NCBI GenBank assembly: GCA_002633005.1
Contig: NMRA01000014.1
Location: forward strand, 1,519,054-1,583,053
Source: Phoronis australis
Taxonomy: Eukaryota; Animalia; Phoronida
Reading direction: 5' to 3'
DNA: 64,000 nt
Part shown: positions 12,484-25,100 of the stretch, piece after piece
Layout of the letters: each line of letters starts with the position of its first letter
Numbering within the stretch: position 1 is the first letter of the stretch
Program-made: the position numbers and the translations under genes
The notes under the pieces: model-generated
The model's input: the letters and a program-made list of their open reading frames with translations, nothing else
Databases searched by the model: none
Told to the model about the DNA's origin: nothing

Positions 12484-13538
12484 TTCTCACTGTGTCATGT
12501 TTTTGATTTGTGAATTTCGTCCTATATGCTTGGACCATTTTGTGTGCAGTGTTACTTTTCACTATCAGTTCTAAGTTTTTCAAATAAATTGCACAAACAT
12601 GATAATTTGTGTTTGACTCCTGAAACTATCATACATGCATTTGTCCGCTCAGTACTCTTTGTTTGAAGAGTAACAGGTTCTTTGTCATCAGTTTGCAAGC
12701 TTCCTTCAGTCTCACATATCTGGTAAAAGTCAATTACTGTGTCATAAATCATACTGGGACCTTTTTAGTCTTCTAGTCTTCATTCTATAGTTCTGTGGAC
12801 ACTGTCAGTTTTCACCTGTCTCGTTTCTATCTATAGGCACGGTGCCTTCACATTTAGCACATCTAGTTCACATTTAGCACTGCTTGCAGCCGTTAGTCTT
12901 AATTTCCACGAACTCATTCACTTTTTCCACCTTTGACCCTTCAATTTCAATTCCATTTTTTATCAATTTTCGTTCTTGGTAAGCTCTTTTTCCACATTAT
13001 TGGAAGTTAATAGTGGTTGACCATCTGATCACGTCGTTGGTAACAAATTCACTCGAAAGTTTTCTGAATATGTAACTACCATCACCTGACACAGGCCTGT
13101 GTGCTGCGTGAATTTATCCGTTTCACGCATTGTTGCTTTTGATCCAGCAAATAACAGGCAAACAAAATTGTTTTCAATAACACGATGTTAAGACAATCGC
13201 AGAAAATTGGCAATATATGCCAATACAAACGCAAATATCTCTGCATATACGTCGCTTGGTGATTCCAATTCCAGTAATTTGAAGAGTGTATCCTTTTATG
13301 TCCGGAAAAGCTTTTGGCAGTGCGAAATGGCACTTAGTTTGAGGTGCATTCCAAGGCCCACGATCTAGACTAATTCAAATTTACCCTCGAACGTGGACGT
13401 TATTTTTACGTCCTTTCATTTTCCAGTTTAAAAGACACAGCTATGGATTCTGTATGAAGACAGTACATGCGTGGGTAACGTTCACCTCGCAGAGGACGTT
13501 TGAGGCTACGAAACTTACCCTATGTGTTCCAAATGCAT

Positions 13539-13967
13539 CTAGACGTTATCTACCAGGAGTTCATTTAGTTCCTGGATGTACGTTTGAGCCATTTGTAGCG
13601 TTTCGTACTTTGATAATCTCTTGCTGTTACCAAAATTTGGAATGGCGTCTCTCAGTCTCTCAAAAGCTGAATTTAGGCTCTCCATACGACGTCTTTCACG
13701 CGCGTTGGCGGCCAGTCGTTTGGTTTTCCATGCGTCCCATTCGACCCCTCTTCTTAAGCATGATATTCTTGATCTCGTGTCTTCCTTAAGTACTCGTTTA
13801 TGCTTCGTGGCCAACACGTAAACTTTGCAGATATTTTGTTCGTCTGCTTGAGCCATGACTCTCTTTTCAATTTTGGAAGTCAGAAATAACTTTAACGTAG
13901 ATGTTATCTCCAAGTGGTTGGCTTCTACCAGCCCAAAGCTTTCTAGAAAGGTCTTCTCTGATGACAT
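13539..13967 (-). CDS. ato: Atonal-family proneural bHLH transcription factor (ATOH1/ATOH7/amos group), single exon, 142 aa
   Basis: [56 protein letters not shown] matches the atonal signature ([13 protein letters not shown]...[11 protein letters not shown]). The start codon could also be M38. Confidence 0.92.
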   Translation of the reverse strand: MSSEKTFLESFGLVEANHLEITSTLKLFLTSKIEKRVMAQADEQNICKVYVLATKHKRVLKEDTRSRISCLRRGVEWDAWKTKRLAANARERRRMESLNSAFERLRDAIPNFGNSKRLSKYETLQMAQTYIQELNELLVDNV

Positions 13968-14044
13968 TGTTCACCAATGAATCACACGTCCACTTAGACC
14001 TGGTGTACATGTACAGAATAGGAATTGGTACATCAAAAGCCAAA

Positions 14045-14250
14045 AAGTCACGTGTGCGTTCTTACTGTTTTGCCTACAGTTACGCTGACGAAAATCCAAA
14101 ACCTAGAATCACGGACGACCTGTCAATCACGGACGATCTGTCGATTACGCAGTCAATTTTGACGCTAATTTTCAATTATTAGTCCGTTCCTTCTCACTGG
14201 TCACAGAGTGTTTTCTTAAGGCACGTGCGGTCTTGTGTTATTTATAGATG
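14045..14250 (-). promoter_or_regulatory. Putative atonal proximal promoter
   Basis: Minus-strand TATAAATA at 14246-14239; CACGTG boxes at 14049 and 14222 (GGCACGTGC); 18-bp direct repeat atcacggacga(c/t)ctgtc at 14108-14143. Confidence 0.4.
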
Positions 14251-16122
14251 AGAAACTTTCAAGGGGAAAATGAGAGGAATAGAATTACAGCTACATCTTT
14301 TCTTTAAAGTGAGATGCTATCAAATAAAACTGAAACAGAACAGGAGAATCTAACGGCAGCATGATTCAATGGAGGTTGTTGCTGTGAACTTATTTTTATT
14401 ACCTGGTATATATGCACTTTCCACCGGACAGTCCGGGATCGTTGAAGTCTGGAACAACATTCCAATGAGCAAGACGCTATCAATAAACCATTAAATAAAC
14501 TTGAACTGAAACAGACCAGAAGAATTTGGCTGCAAAATGATTCAACGCGAATATATTTGGTAGATACTGAGAACTATTTTTATTAGATGATGTAAATATT
14601 CACACTTTGCGGCAGCGGTTGAATCTGGAACTACTTTTTAATTTACCACTTAGACTACTTGAACAGCAATAAAAAACGGCATGTCAGTTTTATTTATTTT
14701 GTCAGTAAAAACTGCCACAGAAGATTCTCCAAGTGTCAGGTGCGAGCTAACTGTTGGCCTGGAACATACTCAGTGACACGATAGGGAATAATTCATGAGT
14801 GTCCGTCTCGATTGATGAAGTTCTAGCTGTAATTCACAGTCCTTGCTTCAATTAAATCAGAACAATACGGTGAATCAATCTGCGACAAGAGAGCTTCTAT
14901 TGTCCGAATAATACATCGGAGTTATTTAGTTTTGTGAATTGGTGTGTAAAAATGTGTCACATATCATACGTGCGTGACTTTAACAAAGCCACTAGTTAAT
15001 CAAAAGGTTCCTTAAAGCTGTCTTGAACGTGTACCAGACGAAATTGAATTATTCAAAGTGGTTCTCTACCACTGAAACAGAACTCCAAGTGTTCACCTGC
15101 TATTTTTACGGTTTGTTCGTAAAGATTTTAAATTTATGTTAATGTCAAAGCATTTTTCCTTTATTAGTTTCAAATTTCAAGAAACGACTTCTGCAAGTTC
15201 TGCTCGTCACTTCGTTGATTTTTTCCCCATACAAAGCAAGTCTCTTTATTAAGTATGCCAAGACACAGACGTAGCACGTTTTTATTAAATGAAAATGTGA
15301 TCTTTGACGTATACGAACTATGGCGATTTCAAAATTCTTGCAATATTTAAAGTGAATAACTCTCAAGTTGGCAACCCCAAGAAGTAGATTCGCCATGATC
15401 TGTATGAAGGTATATTTACGAATTTACGAGTTTTCGCGTTCCAGGCTTGCATACTATCAATACACTATGCTGATATCGCCTGATGCGTAATGTTTGTATT
15501 CAAGCGGATAGAACGAGTGATCAGAAGGTTAAACGAGTATACCAAAAGCGCGGAGTGTAAATTTAGGTTAAAAGCATCACTCTGACGACATTGTCATCAA
15601 CGGCCAAGTGTAATGAACGCTTACAATTACGCTTTATTACCAGGATATCGTTTACGTCGGGGCCAAAATCCACAGTTAATTCAAACACCTTCGAACGACA
15701 CTAAACCGCTCACATGTTTTTATCCAATATCGATACGTCTACTCTTGTATCCGTGGCAAATGGCGTACTTCCAACGCAGGTACGGGCAAACGTTCAAAAC
15801 TTCACCTTTTAGCGATTCCTCTGCTGCTTTCTCAATGCGACCTAATATGAATCATTCGACGTTCCCTGTGTGTACGTTTGTGCATTTAAACCTCGTTTTC
15901 TTGTATTGCTAAACCTTTACTAGGACTATCAAGACAATCTTGTCCATTTAAAATTCATAGCAAAAATCTGCATAGCAAAATAGCATTAAAATCAAACAGT
16001 GAAAATTGGAGTAAATATATTTGAGATATACACTGCACCATACAAACAATAAGCAATATGTTCCAAGTAATCATTTAAAAAGCCCCTGAAAAGATGGCGT
16101 CCACTGGATGACGAAGTAAATA

Positions 16123-19100
16123 TTACACGCCATCTCTTACTCGATTTATAACTGTGTTGTATATGAAATTGAAACGTTGAACAACAAAATCGTAAAACTC
16201 GTATTCGTATCTCATTTTGTTTTTCATTACTTTCACAGTATATTCACTTGGCAGAATCTTCTTCTTGGACTTCATCAGTGTCTGCTGGTTCTCAACTGGT
16301 AGACATGAAATGAAACAGTTATAGGTTTATCTTAAACCGATAGTTCTTTACGTCAATGAAATTCCTCATTTTTCTCAAATTATGCCATACTTTCCAATAT
16401 TAAATGTCCTGTTTATACACTTCACTATCATTTTTCATGCATACAAAATTATTTTGTAATTCACAAATCAAAACGTGATCAAAGCACAAGAATTCCACAT
16501 TTTAGCCACAAGACAGCGAAAGTGCTTTTAATTGTGTTCTAGTTCGACTATTCATTTCTAAGGGTCCGGGTAGAGGGCTTGAAAAATGATAGTTGAAAAG
16601 AGGGGTAGGACATTCAAGGTGTGGTTACTTTATCAATTATTGTAAATACAATTAACGTTGAACGACAAAGAATGTGCGAAGAAATGCAAAGCGCGTGTTA
16701 AAACGGTCTACGCCCAATACTAACTGATTGGCCATTTTGGAGCAAATTTTGCTTTGCGGTGAAGTTGTCATCGTCTTTCATTACGTGCCGTTTCGTCATC
16801 AGTCATACAACAGGCACTTCAGTGAAATAGATTAGTTAATATCTATTTATGGGAGATTGACTGTGATGAACAAATTACTAACTGGATAGGTAGGGGAGGG
16901 GGTTATATGGCGATGACAGGGGACACAGGAATAAAAATGGCAAGTCTTGGATGGCGTAATATGTGAATGGTCCCTAATGAAACTGCTTGATAATGCATAC
17001 CAAGGTTGTGGTAAGTTGAGGATGCGTTTCTGAACATAGATGGCATCACATGTTCCAGCACCTCCAAAAATTTCTCTAATTCACTCGTTGTTCCAACAAC
17101 TAAGTAGTACTTCTCGACATTCTTCTTCGCCTGCTCGAGAGCTTCTCGACTGTTCGTCCTGTAAATAACACAGATATACGTAAACCAGATCAACGAACAG
17201 AAAAATGTAAGCCAACTCGAAACTTTTTGCTAGTCGTGCACTCATTTGGCTGTTCAACAAACTCTCGCAGATAGTACAACTAAAAGTTTTAAAAGTTTTA
17301 TCTAGAATTTTTGGTGTCAAATCGTGCCATGGTTATATACTAAGTTATAATCGTCAAGTAAGACCAAAAACAACCAAAAATAAGATAATTGGTCCCGACT
17401 TCATAAAACGCTCCAGAAAAAAGAGCACGGGTATTTGGTACATTCATGGCTGACATTGACTGTCACTGTTTTTAGGGAATTATTGGCGCCGCAGACCTTT
17501 CAGTGGTCGATCCAGCACTCTCCCTATTGGACCACCGTGCCTTCCACTGATGTAGCGAGGCTCCTTATAAAAGCGCTTGAACGGGGCCCGAGAAACGACC
17601 GTACGAAACGTTGTATCTAGGCTTGAGGTGGAGTGAATAAATCATGGAGGTATAAGAAATGATGAAAATGGTGCTGGCCTGCGACCGACTTATTTTGAAA
17701 CCAGCGCCTCTATGTACCTATATGTAAAGAAAACAATGGACCCGCTCGCGTCACTGTTAACGAAGTTCTCTTTTCAAAAGCTACACAAACTTATATCAAA
17801 TATTTTTTTTAAAAACCTCAGTGTAGCCAAAGGCACATGGTGCGGTTTGAGTCAACCCCGCCTGGTCGAGCGCCTGTCCCCGGACGACAGGAGTACAGGC
17901 TGTTGTACCACATCAGCTCATATCAGGTGACCTTTTAACTAAATGCAACCAGTTATGCTTTTTGGTCTAAGTACAGGAACGGGTAATGAAAGATGAAGTT
18001 GTACACATTCGAATTAAAAACTACATCCTATTAGTTATTTCTGCTGGTTATGTTTTCTCCCAAATGCTAAGCCGTTCGACATTGGTTTATTTCAAGAGGC
18101 GTGTACGAAGCATTTACAGTGGTCATTTCACCAGTGTTCGTTGGTCAGTTTTTACCTACCTACAAAAGTACTCTTGACCACAGAAGAAAGGAATAATGGT
18201 CATAAATCCGCCTTCAACAGAGGGTTCGTAGTCGCCCGTACATTCTAAGTGCCTTGACGCGACGCAGTCATCAAACGTCTGCGTGATACACATCATCAAA
18301 GATTAAAGCTTTTTAGCTGCCTAAAAACAAAAATTGAATAAGGCGTATTACTCTAATACAACCAGTGGCGGATTTAGGGAAGGGGGCGGCAAAAGGGCCA
18401 TGCCCTTCCTAAAATGCTCCAATGTTTCACTTGGCAGTTCGGGGGTGCGAATGTCTGACGGGCAAAATCCTGGCCTGCCCACCCCAACTCAAAATCCTGG
18501 ATCCGCTCCTTACAATTGGTTTTTTCGTACTATCCCTTACCGTGAAAGGATTTCTCTTTCAGCTCTTGGCGATAATTAGCTGTTGGCAAGTTATCCATGA
18601 GGACCACTAACCTGGCCTCAGACCAACTAGCACTGTTTGTGACGATTAAAATTGGTAACGGAAAAAGAATCCTATCACGGGAAGGATTATTACGCGACCG
18701 ATTTTATGAGAGTAAAACGCCTAATCCAGTTTCCGGTTTTGGCTGGCTAAACCAATGAGATAAATAGAGCTCATTGGGCTAAACAGAGGAGATGCAACTG
18801 TAAGGCCCTGTTCACATGACTGCGTTTTCCGTATGTACTGAGAACGATAACGGAGTGCTTTGGATCTTTAATTTGAAAATGTCCTTTTCACGGCACTCGT
18901 GTGGGCGACGAAAATATAACTTTTTGAAAACTCAACTTCATTTCACAAAACGGCCTACACATGTTAAGACGACGAAAGCGCAAATTTTAAAAAAATGCCG
19001 ACACGCTGCCTCTTCGCACTGACTGGAAAGCTACTTCAAGAAATACATGTGAACTAAGACTTGGAAAACACGCAGGAGTTGCTGCGCTTTTGGCCGTATC

Positions 19101-22100
19101 AAAGTTAAGCGCACCCTTGTGGAAAATGCTGTCCTCATGTGAATGGGGCAGTAAATTTATATTTTCTATGTAATGAACATAAACGTCATTCAGACACCTT
19201 TGAGAAATTTTGCTTCACGTGGGTACACAGATAAAGTAGGCCTACATTTGGTACTTTTTAGATTCATTCCAATTTTAGAAAACATGTGTATGATCTTTTA
19301 AGGCAGGATCAACTACGCTATATGTTTCAGTGATTTTGTTAATTCAAGTTTTAGATGAATATTACCTGAAAATGACGAGAATCCCGGATGCCAGCAGACA
19401 TATATCACACTTTTTTACACTCTAAGCGTACAAGCTAGCTACAGGCAGGCCTAGGTGGTGTGTGGCAAGAAAAAATGTGATTTGTCGTGTTCACATTTTT
19501 GCCGGACTTCCTCGTGCAGTGACAGCTCGACGATTGGTTCACAAGCAATGAAAAGATGTCAATTTAGTTACCATGTATCTACGGTCACTCGTCATATTCC
19601 TGTAGTGCGACTGACCAGGTGATGTACCTTGAAAGCGTATGAAGTAATACCACGATACCATTCTCTCCAGCGGGTCCCGGACAACATTAATATACACTGG
19701 AGGTGAGATGCCAAACCTAAAGATAGCAATCAGAATTTCACAGCTTGTAGTGATTTACATTCGCCTGACGTCACTTCTAAGGCAGAAACACTGTTTTTTG
19801 TTTAATAATCAGAATATCTTTTGTTTAAAAGTTGACCACATAGTTTAAAGTTATGAATGAATAACCCAATGGAACATAAAAAATTGACTGACTTTATTTA
19901 CAGCACTATATTCCAGACAGCATTCAAATAAAACTTCCGGATACCATGATTTCTGCACTTATTCCAAAATGGAATGCCGCATTGTTTAAGTGTCTCACTT
20001 TTACGCCAGCTATACTCGAAAATTGGTACTGTATGATTTCACGAAAAAGTCACAAGAAACTGGTCATGCAATTGGTTTCGTTATTTCAATATGAAAGTAC
20101 CTGTCTTTCAAACTTTTTATAAAAAGACATGATTAAGCATGGCAAACTGGTCTAAAATTCAAATTCAAATTGCATATCTCGCCTACTTTAAGACAGTAAT
20201 GTACTTGCAAGGAGCTATAGCATGACTAAATCACATACTTACTGACGAGGCTACTCAAAACTGTTTCAAAAGACAAAAAAAAATAAATGCAAACACTTAC
20301 TTGGAGAAATTTAAAAAGTGGACGTGTCTGTCGTGTAAAGATGGCCTTTCTAGTTCGTTGATAGTACGGGCAAGACTATGCTGCAAAAGGTTTAATGGCT
20401 CAACAAGACATAGCATTGGATTAGGCTGACCAGGACACTGGGGCGGATTATGAATTTCATCCACATCTATATACAGTTGGTTACTCCAATACCTAGAAGT
20501 GCGTACCTAGAAATCTTTAGAAATATAATGTTTTTTGGTTGCGTCATGTCTAGATAGCCCCTCTGAAGCGTTTTTAGCTAGGCTGTAGTCTTGACAAACT
20601 TGAGCATTTCCAAATACGCAAATTAGGGCCGCCATTTTGCAAAGTTATAATTTTGATCATATCACAGCAGGTAGATTATTTTGATGTTTTTACTTCGGTT
20701 TTTATGGTTAGTGAATTCAAAGGAGCTACTTTAGAGAGGTGGATACGTTAAGAATTTGTGTACATTATGCAAATTAAGGCAACCATTTATGAAAATCGTG
20801 CCTGAGCTTATATCTGTATCAGACACCAAAGGTAAATTATAATGATACCTACACCCATGTTCACGTGGTCAGTGAATATAGTCATCATAAGGGTGACTTC
20901 GAAAAGTTACGTAACTCGTGCAAACTAAGGCAGCCCTTATTGATCATATTTGTTTTGGGCCAAAATATGAGTACGAACTTTAAAACTAGCGCATATGTAA
21001 ACAACTACATATTGATCGACGTTGAGTCGATTTATTAATAAATCGCTATAAACTATTCTCATGCATTGTGAGGGGAGAGACCAAAAATCAAAACAGTTGG
21101 AGCTCAAATGAACCTATGTTTCTATTGACATAGAGCTCAGCATGACTCAACCATATCATAGCTTCCTTTGAATAGCCTTAGTGAGGCATTATCCTTGTCT
21201 AAGAACTGAACACCAGAGTAATCTATAGTGTGACCAGTTGTCAATGAATGATTAAAGGCGAAAGCAACCTTTTTTCATATCACTTTTAGCAAAAATAAGG
21301 TTCGTTGATTATCCCAGACACATTTTTCACTTAATTACAGCTTTTCGTAATTTGATTAATTTCTCGACGTCCTCTACTCCGGAAGTGACGTTTTGGGAGG
21401 CAGGAGTTTCGCGCCAATTTCTTTTCATTATAGTCTGACTGTGAGAGCTGTCGAGTCAGTCATTGTTCTACCTCGGTTGTGATTTAAGTTCGGTCGTCGT
21501 TTGCTTTTGTTTACAGGTCAGTCAACATGCCACGTTGTTGCTGCGTGCCGAGATGTACTCATTATCGTCTCACACGCGCTTTGGGTACCTTGCGTCGCTT
21601 TCAGAAGAATGACACACTTCGCCGTACTNTACGTGAGACGATAATGAGTACACCCCAGTATGCAGCAACAGCGTGGCATGTTGACTGACTCGTAAGCAAA
21701 AGCAAACGACGACCGAACTTATCACAACCGAGGTAGAACAATGACTGACTCGACTGCTCTCACAGTCAGACTATATGAAAAGAAATTGGCGCGAAATTCT
21801 TGCCAATCAACGAACCTTATTTTTGCTAAAAATGACATGAAAAAAGGTTGTCTTCGCCTTTAAGAACATCACTGTGTGTGTACATGCACAGTCTGTTCTC
21901 CACCTGTGTCACCTGATTGAATAATGTGAACTTTCGTCTTGAGGATGGTTTAAAGAGAATAAACCGGAACGTCGTTGTTTACATATGCGTTAACTTTACA
22001 GCCCTTATTGACAATTATATTTGTGCTGGTATCTTGATCAGGCATCACATTTAAATAGTGATGATATTTGCGGCCATGTTTTTGTGGTCAATTTTCATTG

Positions 22101-25100
22101 ACAGTTTACAAGTTGCATCATGACAAATCTGCATAATTTGTGCAAATAAAGGACTCCATTATTTAAAACTCTGTTTCTACTCATAATTTCCTTACGGCGC
22201 ATATACGCATTGCCTGTTACTTGAGTAATGAACATGCAACAGGCCCGTAGCCAGCATTGCGCGGGGGGGGTTCGAATATCTTCAAAGGTGGACCTTTGAT
22301 GTTTTGAAAACGTCGAAACTGGAGTTTTCGGTAAGCCCTTGACGCAGTTTCATTATGGGGAAGGGAAACCTGTATGAATAACAGACGGGCGGCGCAGCAC
22401 TAACAAAGTGGTGGGGCTATAGCTCCCCCGGCCCCTCCGTGGTACACCGCTCATAGACCATGGCCGGCGCACTGCACTGAAAAAATGTGGCCGGGAAGGC
22501 TATAGCCTCCCATGCGACAATGATGGCTCTCAGCTCTATGTTCCTGAAATAAGACTTAATTCGTAATCCAGAAAGGAGGATGCCGTGACGGTTGCTTGCA
22601 AAGAACGAGACTCGAATGTAATGTGGTCCACAAATAGAACGTTCTCGCGTTAGCTCATGTCAAACTTTCAACTGAGGCGTGTTTAAATGAGTGATTACAC
22701 CTCATTACGTAGTCCGATGGAAATATTTAGTCGGAGAATGACTTGACGTAATTTTTGATCTGATTGTATTTTTGCGTGTTACTTAAGTTGCTTACGTCGC
22801 TGGAAATGGGAATACCGCAGTATTCCGAAGGTTCACTACTTCAAAAATATCTACCATTTCGGACTCAGGTGTAATTGTTATACTTTTACATGCAAAAATA
22901 AACGAACATTCTGGTTATTAGATGCAGCCATACCGAAAATAACGCCCGGGTAATAAATCACTTTCTTTGGATTCCCTGTGCATGCGAAATTGCCAGCATG
23001 CCTTACGAATATGGGAAAATGACTACGTACTTGTATTTGTAAAAGAACATGAATTAGGAATATCCATGAATTATCAACCACGAAAAGCATTCATCCAATC
23101 CATGTAAAGATCGCATCATTTCACAACGCGACAGAAAAGTTTAGGGCCACTGCGCGCGCGCGCGTCAACCTCACCCAAGGGAACTACTCGCGGCACGGCC
23201 GGATCCAAACTGAATGCAGTTAGTAGGCTACTCTGTCCCTGCCTGCCTTCACGAAAGTGTCATTCAGTGTCCTTAAATTTAAAACCTTCGTTGGTCACCG
23301 CAGCCCGAACTCGTCCTCCAGATGTCCCTAACTGAGAATGAGTCTTTAGTTAGTTTCAGGAATCACGACTGGCAGTGATTGAAACTGAGCTCGTTTGTTA
23401 ACAATGTAGTCAATTTTTTAAGAACTAGTCAACTGTTGCCAACCCTTAAATGGTTATTAAATTGACACAAATACAAAACGTTATTCATGTCAGTTCCGAC
23501 TCACTAGTAGACAATCAGAGTAATGAACAGTCGGAGTTTTTGTTTCGGAAGACTTGCTTTTTACCGTTACTGAACTCTACCAAAGATTTTAGCTTTGACT
23601 CTATCCTGATCTCGCCAAGGTCGTCGAAATTTAACCAGCTGGGCATCATAAGTGAAGACAACTATCGCCAGCTGATTGGTAAGGTATAACATGTTAACGA
23701 AGGCTGGGCTAGCGGCAAGGGATTTTGACATGTTCTCCATCTAATATTTAAGTGAAAGAAATAAATTAAAACACATAAGCAACCATTGAAAGACATGCCC
23801 CTGTACTTGGAGATACCTGCTCGCAATGTCTTCGAAGTTGCATGCACTTGTATACGATGAAATTAAAAAACACATTGTGGAACTTAAATCATTGCTAAGA
23901 AAAAGGAAAACATTACCCATTCATTTTTCAAGCTTACCTGATCTGCAAAGCTGATATTCATTTGGTTATAAATTCTAGATTTGTAAATTTTAAAACCGTT
24001 TCTTGAAGACATCTGTTGGAAGACATTGCCCAGTGTTGTACTTGCACACTTGGGAACGCGGTTGTAGAACACAGTGAGGGACGAGTTGCTACCCAGTCTA
24101 CCTGTTAACGGGAAATAACGAGTTGTACACCACAGCGGGGTGAGCTAACACCCACTAGACTTTCTGTTACCCGGAAATAAAAAGTTATAAAGCCACAATA
24201 CGGGATGAGTTGTAATGGGAAATAACTGGGGTCGAGTTCAATAACTGTCTCTCGCAGCGAGCACAATCAAGTCAAATCACGCGCACTCATTGAAAATACA
24301 CGGTGATATCTCGCGAGATACTGCTTTCCTAGCGAGACACAAGCGTTATTGGACTCCATCCAGTTACACACCACAGTGAGGGGTGAGTTCTCACAAAGAC
24401 TACCTGCTAAAAAGAAGCAACCAGTTGTATGGAATATTTCTGTCTTAGATGAATCATACAACAGAAAACCTGGAATTCACTGAGTTTTGTGATAAACAAT
24501 ACGATTTTACTTTTGTGTTGCTGTTATTAATTACCAGGCATCTCCCCTTGAGAACGTTGTCTACGTGACTTCTTTGCTCACCACAGCGAGTTGCACGCAC
24601 ACGCACACGCACACGCACACGCACACGCACACGCAAAATATATACAAATGAAATGCTGCCACTTTCACACTAACCATTTCCTTATCATGTTGTATTCTGC
24701 GGAGTGTAACGCCCCTTTATTCTTAATAAGGTGTCCGGTTTTAGTTTTTATTGAAGAACTTATACGATTGATTACATATGTCAGAAGACTGCAGGCCCCC
24801 TATTTACTCTTCTTACAACTGTGCGAGTAGTAAATAGGGAGCCTACTAATTACCATCTCATATTTTCTAGTGCTTACCTGTATAATGCTGCATATATTAA
24901 AATATATTTTAGTACCGAAACTCGACGTTTTACTATTACTATTGTATATATCCAATGCGTTTTTATTGCATTTCAGTAATTGTTATATAAGTTAATGGAG
25001 CGAAACTTTGCGGTTGTGTATTTTCGAGCACCACAGATTACGATGTAAATATACATCACAATGAACCTTGAAGGTTACTGACGAGGAGACAAGAAGTAAA

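Noticed and set aside
16780-16810. Minus-strand CTGATGACGAAAC hammerhead-like core
   Set aside because: No stem II or closing stems found
17540-17635. Hammerhead-ribozyme-like ccactgatg...gaaac...gtgg
   Set aside because: The core reads CUGAUGU rather than CUGANGA, and stems II/III do not pair convincingly
24454-24830. RV/HA dipeptide-repeat ORFs
   Set aside because: Translation of a (GCACAC)n microsatellite
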